Shown piece by piece: positions 60,853-64,000 of a DNA stretch of 64,000 bases. The notes below the pieces were generated by a model. That model was not told the DNA's origin. It worked only from the letters and a program-made list of their open reading frames with translations, and did not search any database. Origin of the DNA: Lactobacillus sp. (GTDB taxonomy: Bacteria > Bacillota > Bacilli > Lactobacillales > Lactobacillaceae); NCBI GenBank assembly GCA_030530865.1, contig JAUMUC010000006.1:3010-67009 (forward strand), read 5' to 3'. Numbering within the stretch: the first letter of the stretch is position 1; every line of letters begins with the position of its first letter. The position numbers and the translations under genes are program-made.

Positions 60853-61656
60853 CTAAAGTTTCAAGCCCTTAATATTGCCAAACCATTTTTGTTCGAGCTT
60901 AGCATAGATTCCCTTTTTCTTTAATTGTGCCAAAGCTTTATTTAGTGCCTGACGCAATTGTGGTTGCTTTTTGTTAATACCCATTCCGTATGGTTCATCA
61001 GTGAAAGTACCACCGACAAGCTTGTAGCCCTTGCTTTGACTGATTAATCCAGCCAAAATACCGTTATCAGTCGTCATCGCTACACCTTGGCCAGCTTTTA
61101 AGGCTGAAAAAGCTTGACCATAGTCATCAAATTCCAAAACTTTGGCCTTTGGAGCGAATTTTTTCATGTTAACAACCGCAGTTGTACCTTTAACAGCAAT
61201 TACATTGACACCTTTATGATTTAAATCTTTGATGGATTTAATTTTGCTATTTACAGGTGCCATAATTGCCTGACCTGCTGGGAAATATGGATCGGTGTAA
61301 TCGATCACTTTCTTTCTTTGCTCAGTAATGGTGTTTGTTGCGAGTAAGACATCAATTGAGTGATTCATTAACATTGGAATTTTGGTTTTTGCTGTAGTTT
61401 GTACAAAAACAGCTTTTCCATCCTTGCCAAGCATTTGTTTAGTTAAGGCTTTGGCTAAATCTAATTCAAAGCCTTGAATTTTCTGACTTTTAATATCCAT
61501 CAAGCCAAAAAGTCTAACATCGGCTCTGATACCCCAATAAATCTTTTTGCTGGCTTTAATTTCTTGATATTCGTTGCTGGAACTTTGTTTGCTAGAGCAA
61601 GCAGTTAAGAACAGCAGGGCCAATAAAATGACCGGAATAAATTTCAATTTCTTCAT
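60853..61656 (-). CDS. glnH: Polar amino acid ABC substrate-binding lipoprotein (GlnH/Peb1-like)
   Basis: LTAC lipobox; GFELDLAK, TITEQRKK and EPYG motifs. Confidence 0.75.
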   Translation of the reverse strand: MKKLKFIPVILLALLFLTACSSKQSSSNEYQEIKASKKIYWGIRADVRLFGLMDIKSQKIQGFELDLAKALTKQMLGKDGKAVFVQTTAKTKIPMLMNHSIDVLLATNTITEQRKKVIDYTDPYFPAGQAIMAPVNSKIKSIKDLNHKGVNVIAVKGTTAVVNMKKFAPKAKVLEFDDYGQAFSALKAGQGVAMTTDNGILAGLISQSKGYKLVGGTFTDEPYGMGINKKQPQLRQALNKALAQLKKKGIYAKLEQKWFGNIKGLKL

Positions 61657-61668
61657 AGCTGGCTCCTA

Positions 61669-62403
61669 TCAATAAATTACCTTGCTCAAGAATTCCTTAG
61701 CTCTTTCACTTTCTGGATGTTCAAAGAAAGCTTCTGGTGAATGAGAATCTTCAATGATTTGACCACTTTCAAAGAAAAGAACCCGGTTACTTACAGATTT
61801 GGCAAAGCCCATTTCATGAGTTACCACAACCATAGTCAAACCACTTTCAGCCACGCTCTTCATGACATCAAGCACGTCTTGAATCATTTCAGGGTCAAGA
61901 GCACTAGTAGGTTCATCAAACAATAGTACTTTTGGCTTCATTGCCAATGATCTTGCAATGGCAACGCGTTGCTTTTGACCACCAGACAATTGGCGAGGAA
62001 AAGCATCTTTTTTATCGTAAAGACCAACTTCTTTGAGTAAGTTTTCGGCGATGGCCAAGTTTTCATCCTTGTCTCGCTTCAAAACGACACGTGGAGCAAG
62101 CATGATATTGTCTAAGACTGTCCTGTTTGCGTAAAGGTTGAAGTGTTGGAAAACCATCCCGACATTTTTACGTAAATCATTTAAGTTAGTTTTTGGATCT
62201 GACAAATCACTACCAGTTACGATTAAATGACCATTTTCGATTGATTCCAAACCATTGATTGTTCTAATCAAAGTAGACTTACCTGAACCAGATGGTCCGA
62301 TAATAGAAACAACTTCACCTGAATCGATTGATAGGTTGATGTCCTTTAAAGCTTGAAATTTTCCATAATATTTGTTGACGTCTTTAAATTCGATAATACT
62401 CAT
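61669..62403 (-). CDS. glnQ: Polar amino acid ABC ATP-binding protein
   Basis: [35 protein letters not shown] and VTHEMGFA motifs. Confidence 0.9.
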   Translation of the reverse strand: MSIIEFKDVNKYYGKFQALKDINLSIDSGEVVSIIGPSGSGKSTLIRTINGLESIENGHLIVTGSDLSDPKTNLNDLRKNVGMVFQHFNLYANRTVLDNIMLAPRVVLKRDKDENLAIAENLLKEVGLYDKKDAFPRQLSGGQKQRVAIARSLAMKPKVLLFDEPTSALDPEMIQDVLDVMKSVAESGLTMVVVTHEMGFAKSVSNRVLFFESGQIIEDSHSPEAFFEHPESERAKEFLSKVIY

Positions 62404-62406
62404 AAC

Positions 62407-62859
62407 TTATTCCTTTTCCTTCATTTTTTGGTTGAGATGTGCTTCAAAAGCTTGATTCCAAGCTTGCATTAACTTAGATAGTTCTGCAATATTTTCATCG
62501 CCAAGGTCTTTTGCTACAGCTTGTTCAATCTCAACCATATCACCTATTTTCTCCTGCGCGTATTTTTCACCAGCAGAAGTTAGCCAGACATAGTAAACAC
62601 GATTATCAGCAGGATCTTGTTCTAACTTAAGATATCCTTGAGCTTGTAAAAGATGAATTCCCTTGCTAATTGACTGCTTAGGCATCGAAGTTTGATGACA
62701 TAATTCTTTGATCGTCATTTTTTTCAGCCAGTGCAAACGGTAAAGAATGACACTCACATATGGCTTAAGATCATGAATTTTGTGAAACTTGTTGTATAGC
62801 TTGTAAGAATTGGTAATCGACATGCTCAGCATAGCGATTTTTGAGATATCTGAATTCAT
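62407..62859 (-). CDS. MarR-family regulator heading the amino-acid ABC operon
   Basis: SMPKQSISKGI..L...GY and DNRVYYVWLTSAG; stop codon 3 nt before glnQ. Confidence 0.85.
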   Translation of the reverse strand: MNSDISKIAMLSMSITNSYKLYNKFHKIHDLKPYVSVILYRLHWLKKMTIKELCHQTSMPKQSISKGIHLLQAQGYLKLEQDPADNRVYYVWLTSAGEKYAQEKIGDMVEIEQAVAKDLGDENIAELSKLMQAWNQAFEAHLNQKMKEKE

Positions 62860-62883
62860 CTAATTCAACCTACTTTTCTGTAA

Positions 62884-62942
62884 TAGTACACATATGGACT
62901 TTTTACAGTGAATATATTAGTACACATGTGGACAGTTGTCAA
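62884..62942 (-). promoter_or_regulatory. Sigma-70 promoter TTGACA-17-TAATAT with two palindromic operators
   Basis: -35 at 62942-62937, -10 at 62919-62914; TAGTACACAT(A/G)TGGAC at 62884-62899 and 62918-62933. Confidence 0.75.
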
Positions 62943-62960
62943 CAAAATAAAAGAGCCTTT

Positions 62961-64000
62961 TTAAGGCTCCAACAATTTGATTAAGTTTTTTACTGTTAAT
63001 CGCAAATCATTTTTGGCATTTTCCATTGCCATTTCTAGGCTCTGAGGTTGTGGTGATAATGCAAAAATAGCATCGATGTCAGTCAATTGTTCAATGCCAT
63101 CACCAATTTTTCCAGTCAACGCAATCACTTTACAGTGTGCAACTTGCTTGGCCAGCTTCGCAACACCATAAGGAGTTTTTCCAAATTTAGTTTGAAAATC
63201 AATGGCGCCTTCACCCGTAATGCAGTAATCAGCTCCAAGCAGTTTATCTGCTAAATGAGTGTAATCAATGACCAATTCAATTCCAGGTCTAATAGTTGCC
63301 TGGCAATAAGCAAGCAATGCGAAGCCCAATCCACCGGCTGCACCTGCTCCTGGTGTAGTCGCAAAATTTTCTTTGCGGCTGACTTTGACAAAATTAGCCA
63401 GGTAAGTATCCAGAATCGATAAGTCAGAATCTTGGGCCCCTTTTTGCTTTCCAAAAACATATGAAGCACCAGTTTTTCCTAGAAGTGGATTTTTAACATC
63501 AGAGGCAATTTCGATTTCTACAGGTAATTCAATAGGTTCTATCATAGCTAAATCCTTTAAACCAATAGCTCCCAACTGAATTGATTCTCCATCAGCCTTT
63601 AAAAATTTAAAGCCCAATGCCATTAACATTCCACTACCAGCATCATTGGTTGCAGAGCCACCAAGGCCCAAAATAATTTTTTTGGCACCTATAGAAATAG
63701 CATCCTTAATTAGTTCACCAGTACCATAACTGGTTGCATGATATGGATCAAGCTGATTAACTAATTGGATGCCACTTGCACTGCTCATTTCGATTACAGC
63801 AGTTTTTTCATCTTCAAGAAAGGCATACTTAGCAGTAATCTCATGCATAAAAGCATCGTGGACTTTTGCACTAACATAACGAGAATTAGTTGAAGAAGCA
63901 ATTGCTTCAGTTGTTCCTTCTCCTCCATCAGCCATCGGTACGGTAACTACATCGATTTGATCATTAACCGATAAAATTGCATTTTTTGCTACTTGGCAAA
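62961..64000 (-). CDS. glxK: Glycerate kinase, 5' end outside the window
   Basis: PMADGGEGT, GLGGSATNDAG, GAGAAGG and TGEG motifs; frame stays open to 64000. Confidence 0.9.
   Translation of the reverse strand, partial: CQVAKNAILSVNDQIDVVTVPMADGGEGTTEAIASSTNSRYVSAKVHDAFMHEITAKYAFLEDEKTAVIEMSSASGIQLVNQLDPYHATSYGTGELIKDAISIGAKKIILGLGGSATNDAGSGMLMALGFKFLKADGESIQLGAIGLKDLAMIEPIELPVEIEIASDVKNPLLGKTGASYVFGKQKGAQDSDLSILDTYLANFVKVSRKENFATTPGAGAAGGLGFALLAYCQATIRPGIELVIDYTHLADKLLGADYCITGEGAIDFQTKFGKTPYGVAKLAKQVAHCKVIALTGKIGDGIEQLTDIDAIFALSPQPQSLEMAMENAKNDLRLTVKNLIKLLEP

Overview
Low-GC Firmicute chromosome segment, most like Lactobacillus sensu stricto, almost entirely coded on the minus strand. The first ~30 kb (1-29679) is a tandem array of at least 8 cell-surface protein genes. 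Each is separated from the next by a terminator-like hairpin and most have their own promoter. They share a YSIRK-type signal peptide, usually a Cys variant Y(R/K)LRKLxxGLCS. They are built from a shared, shuffled set of modules: 26-aa BspA/DUF285-type LRRs, 67-69-aa Ig-like repeats, a Rib-like ~86-aa repeat, ~142-aa Mub-like repeats, and either an LPQTG anchor or a Lys-rich tail. The array shows recombination traces: near-identical 3' ends and terminators, mosaic repeats, a nonsense codon in the first gene and an A20 tract. The rest is mostly housekeeping: yhaM/N/O, a YlbF-family gene, pbp2A, a RluA-family synthase, fba, argS and leuS with T-boxes, nnrD, dacA, three tRNAs, a YtrA-ABC module, murJ, a PAP2 phosphatase, two MarR regulators, metK with an SMK riboswitch plus an MFS transporter, a DUF59/DUF438/metal-binding protein cluster, a polar amino-acid ABC operon and a partial glycerate kinase. 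It also contains an ABC + DesK/DesR-like module that carries two frameshifts and is bracketed by a duplicated 26-bp terminator. No integrase, transposase, invertase, reverse transcriptase or CRISPR array was seen. All family assignments come from motif recognition by eye; no searches were run.
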